Origin: a virus
Length of the DNA: 64,000 nt
Strand: one strand, 5' to 3'
IMG/VR virus record: IMGVR_UViG_3300032893_000015
Coordinates: 36,611 to 100,610 of that record
A program made the position numbers and the translations under genes. The notes beneath the pieces are model-generated. The model was not told the DNA's origin. It did no database searches and worked only from the letters and a program-made list of their open reading frames with translations. Every line of letters starts with the position of its first letter. Position 1 is the stretch's first letter. Shown piece by piece: positions 19,376-28,982 of this stretch.

Positions 19376-22099
19376 TTACGAGGCGAACCGCCGGAGCTCC
19401 TCGCGCAGGGCCGGCGTATCTTGCACCTTCCAAACGGTGTCGAGCACGACCACTCTCCCGTCCTCCACCCTCAGCTCTATGACACATGGCCGGTCCCCCG
19501 CGCTCTTCCTCAGCACCTCGGACACAGGCTCCAGCCCCCTGTTGTCCAGCTTCCGCTGATCCACGCGCACGGTGAACTTGGGCTTCGGTTGGGAGGAGTC
19601 CGGTGGATTGGAAACCCGGGTTTCCAATAACTCCTCGTTCGGCTCGAACATGTCCCTTTGCCCGCTCTGGGTGCCCGGCCTGCCCTTCCTCGGCTTGGGG
19701 GGCCGACTCCTGGCCCACCGCTCCCAATTGTCGTCGGGAAACGCCGCCTGCAGCAGGCGTTGGGTAGGTGGGTAAACGAGCGTCTGCCAGACGTAGTGCC
19801 GGTCGCACTCCCCCTGGAAGTCGCTCGCCGGTATGTGACGCTTGTCGGGGTCTTCGTTCTCCTCGTCGACGACGACGTACTCGATGCGGGTCCCTGGGCT
19901 GACATCTTCTCCCCTGGCCTCGAGCAGCTTGGCGATGCGCACGTGCGCTGGCTGTAGCGCGTCGCTCCCGTCGTTTTTCTTCTTCGTCACGTACTCCTTC
20001 AGCGACTTGCTGAGCGCCTTGCTGAGCACGATATCTTCGAGCACCAGGTCCCCCCTGAGCACGCGATCGCGCATGTCCAAGACCAGGTTGTGGTACGCGA
20101 GCGAATCCTCTTCGCCGCCAACAAGCATCTTGATGGCTGCGTACTGCAGCTCCGCCGCCTGCTTGGTAGCGTCCCCCCGCTTGTACTCGAGCCCCCGCAC
20201 CTCCGGCTCGCTATCCTCGCGTGCCGCCGTCCCCTTGTAGTGCGAGTATTTCCCGACGTACCGTTTTGCTCGGGTGAAGACGAGTCGATCGAAGGATTTC
20301 TCAAACGCGATGGTGATGAAGTTCTCTTTGCACCCCACCGACTTGAGCAACCCCGGGTACAGTTCCGCGTTGCACCCCTTCACGAACTCCGCGAACTCCT
20401 CCCGCGTGGTGCCCACGACCATTATCGAGTCCGTGTCTCCATACACCACCGCCCACCCTCTCTGCTCGGCCGCGTGGATGGTGTTCTCGATGAGCCACAC
20501 TCCGTTTTGTGTGACGCCCTCCGCCACATCCACGTCGTAGTACCTGGAGAACTCGTTTCCGAGCGCTCCGTAAAACCCGTTGGTCACGACCTTCAGCCCC
20601 ATCGAGCGCTTGTCCGCCTCGTGCCACTCGGGTGTGCCCGGCGGTAGCCTCGCCTTCTTATCGTTCCACTGCTTGCGCTCCTGTATGAGCCTTGCGACCG
20701 CCATCGGCAACATGCCCTGCTCGGTGGTGCTGAACCCCGTCCCCGTCTTCGGGCATCGGCAGTGCCCCTCGGGTATGGGACCGTTGACGGGAATGGGTCG
20801 CTTGGTCTCCAGCGACATGTTCCAGGTGCGAATGATGTTCGGGTACATCCCGCTGAAGTCCGCAACATGCACGTTCCGCAGTATCCCGTTGGTCATCCCG
20901 TGCGCCTTGCGCCACGCCCTCCCATCAACTCCCCTCTCCGGCGCATCCACCGTTCTCGGGTGCAGCACGAACGCCCCTTCAAATTGCTCGGTGTCCGCCT
21001 GGGTAGTTTCCCGATCGCGATACGCTCTCGACGGGAAGTGATGCGCTTTCTCCCTGGCCAGCTTGAGCAAAAAGCCGTCCATCTGCCGCGTCGGGAGCAG
21101 AGCGAGGTTGTCGGGGAACAACCCGCACACTTGCGCGACCGCCGTCGTCAGGTCGAGGTAACCGGTTTTCTCCTCGATACGCCGCAGCAGGTCGGTGTCC
21201 TGGATGTTGTACGCCACGAGACGCCCGAGGCTCTCGCCCCCAGCCTTCCACGCCTCGTACGTGTGCTTGGCGTCGAGGTCGTTCTTCCCCTGCCCCACCA
21301 CCGCCATGGCGATGTCCTGCAGCCGGAAGGAGCGTTTCTCTTCTCCGCTCTCCGCCGAATGCTTGTTATGGCGCTCGAACACCGCCTTATGGTCGAGCCA
21401 CAGCCACTCACGCAAATCCACTCCCGCGTCCGCGCGCGTGTGCGCCGATCTTGCTGCAAGCACCGGGAAGTCGAAACCCTCGTCCCTGTCGGGGCTCCCT
21501 CCGTTCCAGGCGCAAACCTGGTCGTACCGCCGCAGCACCTCCCACAGATACTGGAGCGTGTCTCGCTCCGCGTAGTCGTCCTCTGCCGCTAACAGATCGG
21601 TGTCGATCTGGCCGGTGGTGTCGTCGACGACGGTCCAGCACAAGATGCGCATCTCCTCCTTGCGCGAGAAGGGAAGTCGACTGTCTGTCTCCAGGTCGAG
21701 ATAGCAGCGCCGTGGTGTGGCGATGTTGGTTCCCGAGTCGACAACAAACCGGCGCACCGGGTCGACGTCCGCTTCGTAGTGCGGCACCCCTCTGGCCAGC
21801 AGCGGGTTCTCGTGCCCGTAGCGCGTTCGCTTCTCGTAAAAGAGCGCGTGCCTTTCCTCGCGGCTGCGGAACAGGAACTTCAGCCAGTTACCCTCCCGCG
21901 TCGCTCCTACGACGCACGGCAACCGCACCATCTGCCGCTGCAAGTCCTCGGGCAGCTCCCCGTGCCTGAAGTACGCTGCCCACTCCGCAGGTACTTGCGC
22001 GACGCTTCGTCGCCCCTGCCCGTCTCGCTGCACCACGTGCAGCCTGGTGCCCTGCACGAACGCGTTTACGACGTCGTTCCCTACCACCCGCTCCAGCAT
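19376..22099 (-). CDS. family B DNA polymerase
   Basis: ExoI DLETD, ExoII AWNG...FDFP, ExoIII YNIQD, DFSGMYPNI, KVVTNGFYG, YGDTDS, KRYVG. Confidence 0.96.
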   Translation of the reverse strand: MLERVVGNDVVNAFVQGTRLHVVQRDGQGRRSVAQVPAEWAAYFRHGELPEDLQRQMVRLPCVVGATREGNWLKFLFRSREERHALFYEKRTRYGHENPLLARGVPHYEADVDPVRRFVVDSGTNIATPRRCYLDLETDSRLPFSRKEEMRILCWTVVDDTTGQIDTDLLAAEDDYAERDTLQYLWEVLRRYDQVCAWNGGSPDRDEGFDFPVLAARSAHTRADAGVDLREWLWLDHKAVFERHNKHSAESGEEKRSFRLQDIAMAVVGQGKNDLDAKHTYEAWKAGGESLGRLVAYNIQDTDLLRRIEEKTGYLDLTTAVAQVCGLFPDNLALLPTRQMDGFLLKLAREKAHHFPSRAYRDRETTQADTEQFEGAFVLHPRTVDAPERGVDGRAWRKAHGMTNGILRNVHVADFSGMYPNIIRTWNMSLETKRPIPVNGPIPEGHCRCPKTGTGFSTTEQGMLPMAVARLIQERKQWNDKKARLPPGTPEWHEADKRSMGLKVVTNGFYGALGNEFSRYYDVDVAEGVTQNGVWLIENTIHAAEQRGWAVVYGDTDSIMVVGTTREEFAEFVKGCNAELYPGLLKSVGCKENFITIAFEKSFDRLVFTRAKRYVGKYSHYKGTAAREDSEPEVRGLEYKRGDATKQAAELQYAAIKMLVGGEEDSLAYHNLVLDMRDRVLRGDLVLEDIVLSKALSKSLKEYVTKKKNDGSDALQPAHVRIAKLLEARGEDVSPGTRIEYVVVDEENEDPDKRHIPASDFQGECDRHYVWQTLVYPPTQRLLQAAFPDDNWERWARSRPPKPRKGRPGTQSGQRDMFEPNEELLETRVSNPPDSSQPKPKFTVRVDQRKLDNRGLEPVSEVLRKSAGDRPCVIELRVEDGRVVVLDTVWKVQDTPALREELRRFAS
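19606..19629. repeat. 24-bp palindrome copy 3 (inside polB, C-terminal linker)
   Basis: GATTGGAAACCCGGGTTTCCAATA, 23/24. Confidence 0.95.
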
Positions 22100-22124
22100 A
22101 CCGCGGCTTTTGCCGCGGTCGTCT

Positions 22125-23192
22125 TCACTCCGCGGCTTCTGCCTCGCGCCGGAACCGCTGCACCTTCAGCTCCAGATGTCCCGTCGAGCTTTCGACGATG
22201 AAAAACCGCTGCACGACTCCGTTGGGCAGCTCCTCTTCGCCGAACGGCTCGTCTGCCAATCGCTTGGCAGGCACGAGCTCCGCCGGGTCCCACTTCTTCT
22301 TCAGCGGCTTCTTGTACAGCTTCACTTTCGTGTTGCCGAGGATGGTCGCAACAGTGACCTTCTCCTCCGCCTTGCGCCCCCCGCTCGCGCGCGGTCCGCC
22401 TCGTCCTTCCGCGTTGCGTGAGGCTCGGGTGTGTCCGCTCTTGGCCTTGGCCTTCTTCACCTCTTCGGCGATCTCGCGCTTGGTGGCCCCCTCGGCCACC
22501 TTCCCGAGCAGCGCCGGCTGCTCCTCTTTTGGTGCCGTCAGGACGAGTGCCAGCTTCCGGTAGCCCCACGCGCGCACCTGCTCTTCCGAGTACTCCTTCG
22601 CAACGTCCATCAGCTGATAGGCGTTGGTGGGCGTCATGTGCAGTTCGTTCGCCGCAAACGCATCCCACGACTTATACGCCTGCTTACCGTCCCGCTGCCG
22701 CAGCTTCCAAAGTTGCGCGGTGAACAGGATGGTGATGGCCCGCCCCAGGTGCCAGTGACTGACGGCCACCTGCCCCTTGAGCTCGAGAATCTTCTTCACG
22801 CCTTCGTTCAGTTCCCGCTCCGTGAGTACGCTGCTCGCCGGGGTCAGGTCCGAACTCGGCGCCTTCGCGAGTGCGTGTCCGTTCGTCGGTGCCGCTGCCA
22901 CCGGCTTGCTTTCGTCCAGTTCGTCGTCGAAGTCGGTCCCGCAGTACGGGCACTCGTCGAGCGTCTCCGGGCTCTGCCCGTTGCACGTATCGCACTGCGC
23001 CAGCTGATCCTTCGTGTACTTCGTCGCGTAGTGCGTGGCGAGTATCGCCACGAGGTCCTCCACCTTCGCCTCTTTCGGTACGGTGAGTCCCTCCTGCTTG
23101 AGCACCTTTTTCACCTGCTTCGGATCGACCGCCCCGAGCGTCACTCCGTGCACCGCGATCTCCGACTTGTTCTTCGTTGTCTGCGTGTCCAT
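22125..23192 (-). CDS. putative DNA-binding protein (Zn ribbon plus DUF3102-like region)
   Basis: CDTC...CPYC; WHLGRAI...YKSWDAFAANELHMTPTNAYQLM. Confidence 0.55.
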   Translation of the reverse strand: MDTQTTKNKSEIAVHGVTLGAVDPKQVKKVLKQEGLTVPKEAKVEDLVAILATHYATKYTKDQLAQCDTCNGQSPETLDECPYCGTDFDDELDESKPVAAAPTNGHALAKAPSSDLTPASSVLTERELNEGVKKILELKGQVAVSHWHLGRAITILFTAQLWKLRQRDGKQAYKSWDAFAANELHMTPTNAYQLMDVAKEYSEEQVRAWGYRKLALVLTAPKEEQPALLGKVAEGATKREIAEEVKKAKAKSGHTRASRNAEGRGGPRASGGRKAEEKVTVATILGNTKVKLYKKPLKKKWDPAELVPAKRLADEPFGEEELPNGVVQRFFIVESSTGHLELKVQRFRREAEAAE

Positions 23193-23231
23193 GTGTTCTT
23201 TGCGCCTCCTCGTTTCCCGTTGTGATCTTTC

Positions 23232-23894
23232 CTACGCCGCCTCTACGACGGCCAACCTCTCTGCCACCTCTCGTGCCGCCCGCACGACGACGCGTGCCGC
23301 CTGCTTCTCGCTGCCCATGCGGCACCGTCGCCTCGCCTCCGGATCGGCGTACAGTGCTTCCGCCGCCGCAGCAAGGTCGTCCGTCTTCACGACCGCCAGG
23401 ACGACCTCCCGTTCCGCTTCCGTCCGGCAGTGTCTGAGCGCCCGGTCGATGGCTTCGCGCACCTCCACTCGGTCCTCGTGCGAGGGCTCTTGCGCCAGGT
23501 GCTCCTCCGCCCACCGCTCCCCGCCGTGTTCGTCGTCCGCACGTTCGTGGAACCCGAACTCCATCCTACTGGGGTTGGCGTCGGCGTTACCGCTTCGCTT
23601 GGCCCCCCGGTACCGATGCATGGCCTTCTTTGCCTTGTCGACGGCGTTGTAGACGACGTACGCATCCAGGGCAACCCCGCGCGCCGGGTCGAACTTCCAG
23701 ACGCTGTTCCACGCGCCCAGCAGCATGTCCTGTTCGAGGTCCTCCGTGTCTACCCACCGTGAGATGCGCCACCGCTTCAGCAGGTACCTGACCAACTGCC
23801 TCCAGCGGTCTCTGGTCCTCACGGCGAACTCATCGAACGTCTGCCTACCGTCGTACAGCGCCCAGCATTCGCGGGCGAACGCATTCTTGTCCAT
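23232..23894 (-). CDS. phage sigma-70-family factor
   Basis: Region 2 motif EDLEQDMLLGAWNSVWKFDPARG. Confidence 0.75.
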   Translation of the reverse strand: MDKNAFARECWALYDGRQTFDEFAVRTRDRWRQLVRYLLKRWRISRWVDTEDLEQDMLLGAWNSVWKFDPARGVALDAYVVYNAVDKAKKAMHRYRGAKRSGNADANPSRMEFGFHERADDEHGGERWAEEHLAQEPSHEDRVEVREAIDRALRHCRTEAEREVVLAVVKTDDLAAAAEALYADPEARRRCRMGSEKQAARVVVRAAREVAERLAVVEAA

Positions 23895-23949
23895 TCGGCC
23901 CACCGGCCTCCTTCCCACGCCACCTTTTTCTGACCCTACCTCCGCTTGC

Positions 23950-24096
23950 CTACGCGAGCAAAGGCTTTCTCCTCCGCACCGACACTTGCCACCCGAGCGT
24001 CCGCAGCCGCCTAGCCGTGACGAACACTCCCGGCCACCGCCGATCGAACCGCACGACCTTCCCCGCCCGCACCCCTGTCACTTCGTACTCGTACAT
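23950..24096 (-). CDS. hypothetical small protein
   Basis: MYEYEVTG... with GAGGAG RBS. Confidence 0.4.
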   Translation of the reverse strand: MYEYEVTGVRAGKVVRFDRRWPGVFVTARRLRTLGWQVSVRRRKPLLA

Positions 24097-24482
24097 GTCT
24101 CCTCTCCCTCCCTCTTCTGTTGTTTTGCCAGGCGCGCGGCTCTCCGCGCGCACGTGACGCACGTCGGCGGCCCTTGCACTTCCGTCGCCCCCAGTCGCTC
24201 CTCCTCCACGTTCCCGCAGAGCGTCATTCCGTCCCCCCTACGCACCGCGTGCGTCTGCGGTCGCATCACCCTGTCCGGCTTCTCGTAACTGGGGAACGCT
24301 CCCCTCGCTCCCCGACCGCGGTCCGCCCCGGTCAGCTCCTCTACGATGCGCACGCGATAGTCCCGGTCCTGATGCCACCGATGACCGCACCCCGCACACT
24401 GGCGAACGACCGTGTTCGTCTTCACCGCCAGCAGTTTGGTCGCCTCCACCGAGCCGCACTCAGGGCATCCTTCCGGTCCCAT
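24078..24482 (-). CDS. Zn-ribbon protein
   Basis: MGPEGCPECGS...CAGCGHRW, plus a second H...C...CVTC motif. Confidence 0.6.
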   Translation of the reverse strand: MGPEGCPECGSVEATKLLAVKTNTVVRQCAGCGHRWHQDRDYRVRIVEELTGADRGRGARGAFPSYEKPDRVMRPQTHAVRRGDGMTLCGNVEEERLGATEVQGPPTCVTCARRAARLAKQQKREGEETCTSTK

Positions 24483-24628
24483 CGCTTTCCCCCCTACGCC
24501 GCCGTTGCGACTTTGGAAGCCAACGAGAGCGTTCCCGCCCCCCAGTCCCAGCCTGGGCGCGCCTGGCCGTCAGAAAAGGCGCGCAGGCATTTGTGCTGCT
24601 TTGCTGAGAGCTTCATCGTCCCTTCTCC

Positions 24629-25030
24629 TCACTTGTCGTCTTGGTCGTCCTGGCACGTCTCGGCAGCTTTCAGGTCCTCGATCACCTCGCGCAGCTTCCG
24701 GCCAGTCGCGGGCTTGAACAGCTGCTTGAAGATCTCGTGCTTGGCGGCGAAGGTAGCCGTGTCGCGGTCCAGCTCCTTGAGGTTGCTCCAGCCCGTCGGC
24801 GGCTCGAAGACCTGACCATGCAACACTGCTTCCGCGTACTGAGCGAATCGCCACGACACCTCCTGGGCGTTGACCACCGTCCTCCCGCGGAGGTCATCCA
24901 GGTCCTGCGCGAGCCGGAACAACATCAGCTGTTGTTCCGTCAGGAACAGCTTCCATTGCTCTTCCGTCACGTCTTTCATGTCTTCGGGCTTCTCGATCGC
25001 TGCCATCACAATGCTGTCGAACTTGACCAT
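24629..25030 (-). CDS. hypothetical protein
   Basis: MVKFDSIV...; GGGGAG RBS; first gene after promoter copy 3. Confidence 0.6.
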   Translation of the reverse strand: MVKFDSIVMAAIEKPEDMKDVTEEQWKLFLTEQQLMLFRLAQDLDDLRGRTVVNAQEVSWRFAQYAEAVLHGQVFEPPTGWSNLKELDRDTATFAAKHEIFKQLFKPATGRKLREVIEDLKAAETCQDDQDDK

Positions 25031-25067
25031 CGTCGTCTCCCCTTGCCCTTCGTCCTGCTGACAAGGA

Positions 25068-25131
25068 AGAGTATTATTCCTTTTGCCTAGGTTGGCAATA
25101 GGAAAACGCGTGGTCGGGTACTTTTTTCTCC
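25068..25131 (-). promoter_or_regulatory. sigma70-like early promoter, copy 3
   Basis: Minus strand TTGCCA-ACCTAGGCAAAAGGAAT-AATACT, with an upstream GAGAAAAAA tract. Confidence 0.65.
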
Positions 25132-25171
25132 GGGGTCCCTTTTCCCCCGCTCTTTTCCGCCGGTTCCTGTC

Positions 25172-25195
25172 GATTGGAAACCCGGGTTTCCAATC
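25172..25195. repeat. 24-bp palindrome copy 4 (intergenic)
   Basis: Exact. Confidence 0.95.
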
Positions 25196-25211
25196 CTCTT
25201 GGGGTTGGCCC

Positions 25212-25697
25212 TCAGGCCCCTGCCATCGCCCGCTGCAGCCGCTCCGCCAGGTCCGCCGCCCGCGCGTGCGTACGCTCGCTCCGCTGCGTCGCTGCGATGT
25301 GCCTGCGCAGCACGATGCGCAACGTTCGCACATAGTCCTGCAGGTCGAGCACGGTGAGGTCCTCGCCCGTCGCGCTCTCGTAGTACACGCGCTCGTCCCC
25401 ATCCCGAGTAACCAGCTCGAGTCGGCCCGTCTTTCCGACGGCCAGCACCCGCTCCCCCCGGCTGACGTACGTGTCCACTCCGAACCGTCCCGTCGCGCGC
25501 ACGTGCGCCCCCCAGTACCCCTTGGCGATCTCTCTCATCCCCCTGAGCGGCGCTCCGTCGAGTGCTCGTGCCAGGCGCTCTTCGATGAGCCTGATGGTCG
25601 CGCGCACGCGCTCCCGCGTCTCCTCCGCGCGATCTCTGATGCGGTCCGTCGCCTCCGCCGCATCTTCCATCTGCCTCTGCAATCCTCCGCTCCTCAT
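25212..25697 (-). CDS. hypothetical protein
   Basis: ATGA-coupled ORF. Confidence 0.55.
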   Translation of the reverse strand: MRSGGLQRQMEDAAEATDRIRDRAEETRERVRATIRLIEERLARALDGAPLRGMREIAKGYWGAHVRATGRFGVDTYVSRGERVLAVGKTGRLELVTRDGDERVYYESATGEDLTVLDLQDYVRTLRIVLRRHIAATQRSERTHARAADLAERLQRAMAGA

Positions 25698-25966
25698 GCG
25701 GTTGCTCCCGCAGATGGGCGTCCGCCTCGTCGCCCCATATCGTGGTGCCACCCTTCCCGTTCCGCCCGCTCCTTCACCCTGTCCAGTCTCGCCCGAATGC
25801 CGAGCTTCGTGACATACCTGGAAAACGTGAACTGACTGATCCCCAGCAGCTTTGCGGCTCTTCCCTGGTGTGCCTTTGCCCTCTCGAACGCCCTCACCAT
25901 ACTGTCCGACGCGCGCGCCGGGTCCGCCACCACCATCGCGCTGATCTTGCTCCTTCGGTATGCCAT
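25694..25966 (-). CDS. Fis-type HTH protein
   Basis: RAFERAKAHQGRAAKLLGISQFTFSRYVTKLGI. Confidence 0.7.
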   Translation of the reverse strand: MAYRRSKISAMVVADPARASDSMVRAFERAKAHQGRAAKLLGISQFTFSRYVTKLGIRARLDRVKERAEREGWHHDMGRRGGRPSAGATA

Positions 25967-25995
25967 CTTCCCGCTTTCCCCTCATGCCGCCGTTT

Positions 25996-26226
25996 TCACA
26001 GGATGCGGAACCGTAGCCGGATCTTGCGCTTGATGATCATCGGCATGTCCTGGATGTCCAGTCGGTAAAGCACCTTCCAAAGCGTCCGGGACCCCATCGC
26101 CATTCGCTTCGCCGCCTCCTTCACATCCCCGCCCGCCTTGTACAACACCCTTTCGATGAGAGCCTTCGCCTCCTCCGGATTCTCCTTCAAAAGGATGGTC
26201 AACTCCGTACTGGGCCGCCTTCCCAC
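25996..26226 (-). CDS. Fis-type HTH protein
   Basis: IERVLYKAGGDVKEAAKRMAMGSRTLWKVLYRLDI. Confidence 0.7.
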   Translation of the reverse strand: MGRRPSTELTILLKENPEEAKALIERVLYKAGGDVKEAAKRMAMGSRTLWKVLYRLDIQDMPMIIKRKIRLRFRIL

Positions 26227-27209
26227 AACGCCTCCCTGAGCTCCTCTGGTCCGATGTTGTCCGGGTCCTTTCCCTTCCCGAGCCTAACACGCCGCACCCG
26301 CGTATACCGACCCAGCGCCCCCTCCAGCACCTCGCCCGCCCGCTCCCCCGCTTCGTCACAATCGGTAACGATGACCACTTCCCTGAACAGCGCCATTCCC
26401 ATGAGCTGCAGCGGCGTGACGCGCGCCCCTCCGATCGCCGCGTGACTTGTCCCCGTGGGAGCCACCCTCTCCACGGCCAGACTCTTGATGGCCCCCTCGG
26501 TCACCACCAACGTTCTCCGATTGCTCGTGTCCCAGTGCTGCTGCCCCCACATGACCCCGCGGTCCCCGCCCTCTTCGTTACGCGGATAGAGGAACCGCTT
26601 TTCCGCCAGTCCGTACGCCCTGGCGATGTATCCGAAAAGCTTCCCGCGCTCGTCTGCGATAGGGAGCACGATCCTCCCGCGCAATCGTCCTTCTACGGCG
26701 TACCCAATCCCCCACCGCACCACCTGCCACGGCTCGATTCCCCGCCCCTGCACGTAGCGCCTTGGCTCCGCGGGCCAGGTCTCGAGCGGCTCTCCCACGA
26801 CCGTCCCCGCCGGCAAGCGCATTGCCTTTGGCCCGGTCACCATCTCGAGCCTGAGCCCCGGTTGCTTGACCAGGTCCGCCTCCGTAACGCCCTCCTCGGT
26901 AATCCACCGGATGGCCGCGCCCGCCGTGGCGTACCCCCGCACATGCTGCACGAGCTCTACGAGGTCCCCTCCCGCTTCGCACGCTTGGCAGTGATGCAGT
27001 CCCGCCTTTTCCCCGGTCTCCCGTATGTACCAGCTCGGCGTTCTGTCCTCGTGATACGGGCATCGCGCCTTCAGGTCCGCGCCCGACCTTCCCACCACTT
27101 CGATGCCCAGCCTTTCGAGCACCCTTCTGACGTCAGCCCGGACGCCCACGCTTGCTCCTACTATTCTGTCTGGCTCTCGCCCGCGCGTGCGATTCGGCAG
27201 GTGCTGCAA
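26199..27209 (-). CDS. DNA primase (CHC2 Zn finger plus TOPRIM); true start probably ~27149
   Basis: CPYHEDRTPS...HCQAC, VVTEG, TDCDEAG, KDPD. Confidence 0.9.
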   Translation of the reverse strand: MQHLPNRTRGREPDRIVGASVGVRADVRRVLERLGIEVVGRSGADLKARCPYHEDRTPSWYIRETGEKAGLHHCQACEAGGDLVELVQHVRGYATAGAAIRWITEEGVTEADLVKQPGLRLEMVTGPKAMRLPAGTVVGEPLETWPAEPRRYVQGRGIEPWQVVRWGIGYAVEGRLRGRIVLPIADERGKLFGYIARAYGLAEKRFLYPRNEEGGDRGVMWGQQHWDTSNRRTLVVTEGAIKSLAVERVAPTGTSHAAIGGARVTPLQLMGMALFREVVIVTDCDEAGERAGEVLEGALGRYTRVRRVRLGKGKDPDNIGPEELREALWEGGPVRS

Positions 27210-28620
27210 AGTCCTGCAACTCTCCTCCGCCGTTGCCTATGGGTTCGAACGGAATGCCCCGGCCGTTGGTGATGGATCCGAACTCCGCATCCCAATCGAA
27301 CTCGACCACCAACGGCCACTTCCCGTGCCTTTGCTTCCAGAAGATGACCTCCAACCGGTCATCATCCATGCGTTTCCAAAGCGCCGGTCGGTGTGGCGCC
27401 AGTATCGTGTCTGCGATGTCCACGTACGCGCTCGACCCCTTGATGCCTTCGCGCGTGGGTCGCTTGTCGCTGCGCTGCTCGATGTCCTTGATACGCTGCT
27501 GCGCTAGCAAGATGTGGTGGGTTCGGGTTTCTTCGGCCATCGCCTGCTGGCGGTAAAGCGCTCTTTTCTCTTCGCTCGGCTCATCGCCGACCAGGCACCG
27601 TTCCCAAAGGTCCGCCACGAACACGTCCACAGCGCTGTCTTCGATGTGCTGCTGCACCAGGTCCATGTTCCTCTCGTTGCTCTCGCGCCCTCCGCGGTTG
27701 CGCTGGAAGGGGTTGTCCATGAACCTCACCCATTGGCAAAGCTCGTCCATCCTCCGCTCCAGTTCCCGTTCTTCTTCTTCGCCGAACCTCCCCTCCGTCA
27801 GGTCCGTCCGGCTCCACCCGAGCGACATGCACGCGAGCACCTCCAGCGTCATGGGCCCGCCCATCTCCCACGCCCCGTAGAGCACCTTCCTACCTTGGGC
27901 CACCTGCCCCAGAGCGATTCGCGCGGCCATCGTCGTCTTCCCGCCTCCGCTGACGCTCGTCAGCACCGTCACCTGCCCCGGAGCTGCTCCGGGTAGCGTC
28001 CGCATCCTCCCGGATATGTCCCGTCCCTTTTCGTCGCGGGCCCCGTTCTCGTGCACGTCCAGTCCGTCCACTCCGTACGGCCAGCACGCATGCCCCAGTC
28101 GCCTTTGCCGTATCCCGCGCATCGCCTCGTCCACGAGCGTCTGCGCATCCCGCAGGAACCTTCCCGCCGCCGTGACGTTCAGGCTATCGGCCACCTGTCT
28201 GGCGAGGGCACGCACACGCTCCGGGGCTTCCTGAGGTCTTCGGAACGCATCGAGCAGCGCCGTCATCGGCCCCTGCGCCACTGTCGCCCTGAGGTGGTCC
28301 CAGTGCATCGTGGCGACGTGGTGGTCCAGGTTCGCCCCCGCCGGGGCCTCGGGGCGTGCCTGTACGAGCTTCTCCAGATAGTTGACGTCTCCGCTCCCGA
28401 GTCGCTGCAAAACCGCCGGCTCATAATCGAGCCTTCGTCGCTCCAGTTCCTGCATCGCCGCCCACAGCGGCCGATGCGCTTCGACAAGAAAGTGATCTGG
28501 CCGGAACGTCTTGACCAGCTTCGCCCTGGCCTCCGGGTCGGTCGCTGCCGCCGCGAGCACGATCTGTTCGTTGATCGGATCGAACGGAATGCGGACGTCT
28601 TCCGGCTTCTCCTTTGCCAT
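27133..28620 (-). CDS. DnaB-like replicative helicase
   Basis: EQIVLA N-domain, SGGGKTT, WEM, VFVAD, LLAQ, RPTREGIKGS, KQRHG. Confidence 0.88.
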   Translation of the reverse strand: MAKEKPEDVRIPFDPINEQIVLAAAATDPEARAKLVKTFRPDHFLVEAHRPLWAAMQELERRRLDYEPAVLQRLGSGDVNYLEKLVQARPEAPAGANLDHHVATMHWDHLRATVAQGPMTALLDAFRRPQEAPERVRALARQVADSLNVTAAGRFLRDAQTLVDEAMRGIRQRRLGHACWPYGVDGLDVHENGARDEKGRDISGRMRTLPGAAPGQVTVLTSVSGGGKTTMAARIALGQVAQGRKVLYGAWEMGGPMTLEVLACMSLGWSRTDLTEGRFGEEEERELERRMDELCQWVRFMDNPFQRNRGGRESNERNMDLVQQHIEDSAVDVFVADLWERCLVGDEPSEEKRALYRQQAMAEETRTHHILLAQQRIKDIEQRSDKRPTREGIKGSSAYVDIADTILAPHRPALWKRMDDDRLEVIFWKQRHGKWPLVVEFDWDAEFGSITNGRGIPFEPIGNGGGELQDFAAPAESHARARARQNSRSKRGRPG

Positions 28621-28625
28621 CGCAT

Positions 28626-28982
28626 CTATTCCCTCTCCCTATACGTTGCGCCCGTGCGCTCCAACACTTCATCCGCCACCTGCCTGAGCCTCGGATCTTC
28701 CTCCAGCTTCCTCGCCTGCTTCAGCGCTTCCTCCGACGACGCCGGCAGTATCGTTTTCCCACCCGCCAAGCGTATGGGCAACGGTGGCGGTGGCTTTACG
28801 TCCACCGCCCGCTTTTTCACCATCCGCAGCCGCCCTCCGTGCTCCTCCACCAGGAACACGAGTCTTCCGGTGGCTCGCCACCACACGAGCCACCTTCCCA
28901 GTTGCCACCACCGTGGCTCTACGATCTCCTGCCCTCCCATCCGCACGCCGTCCCACCCCCGACGGCCGCGCCGTCTCTTCAT
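28626..28982 (-). CDS. hypothetical protein
   Basis: Coupled ORF. Confidence 0.45.
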   Translation of the reverse strand: MKRRRGRRGWDGVRMGGQEIVEPRWWQLGRWLVWWRATGRLVFLVEEHGGRLRMVKKRAVDVKPPPPLPIRLAGGKTILPASSEEALKQARKLEEDPRLRQVADEVLERTGATYRERE

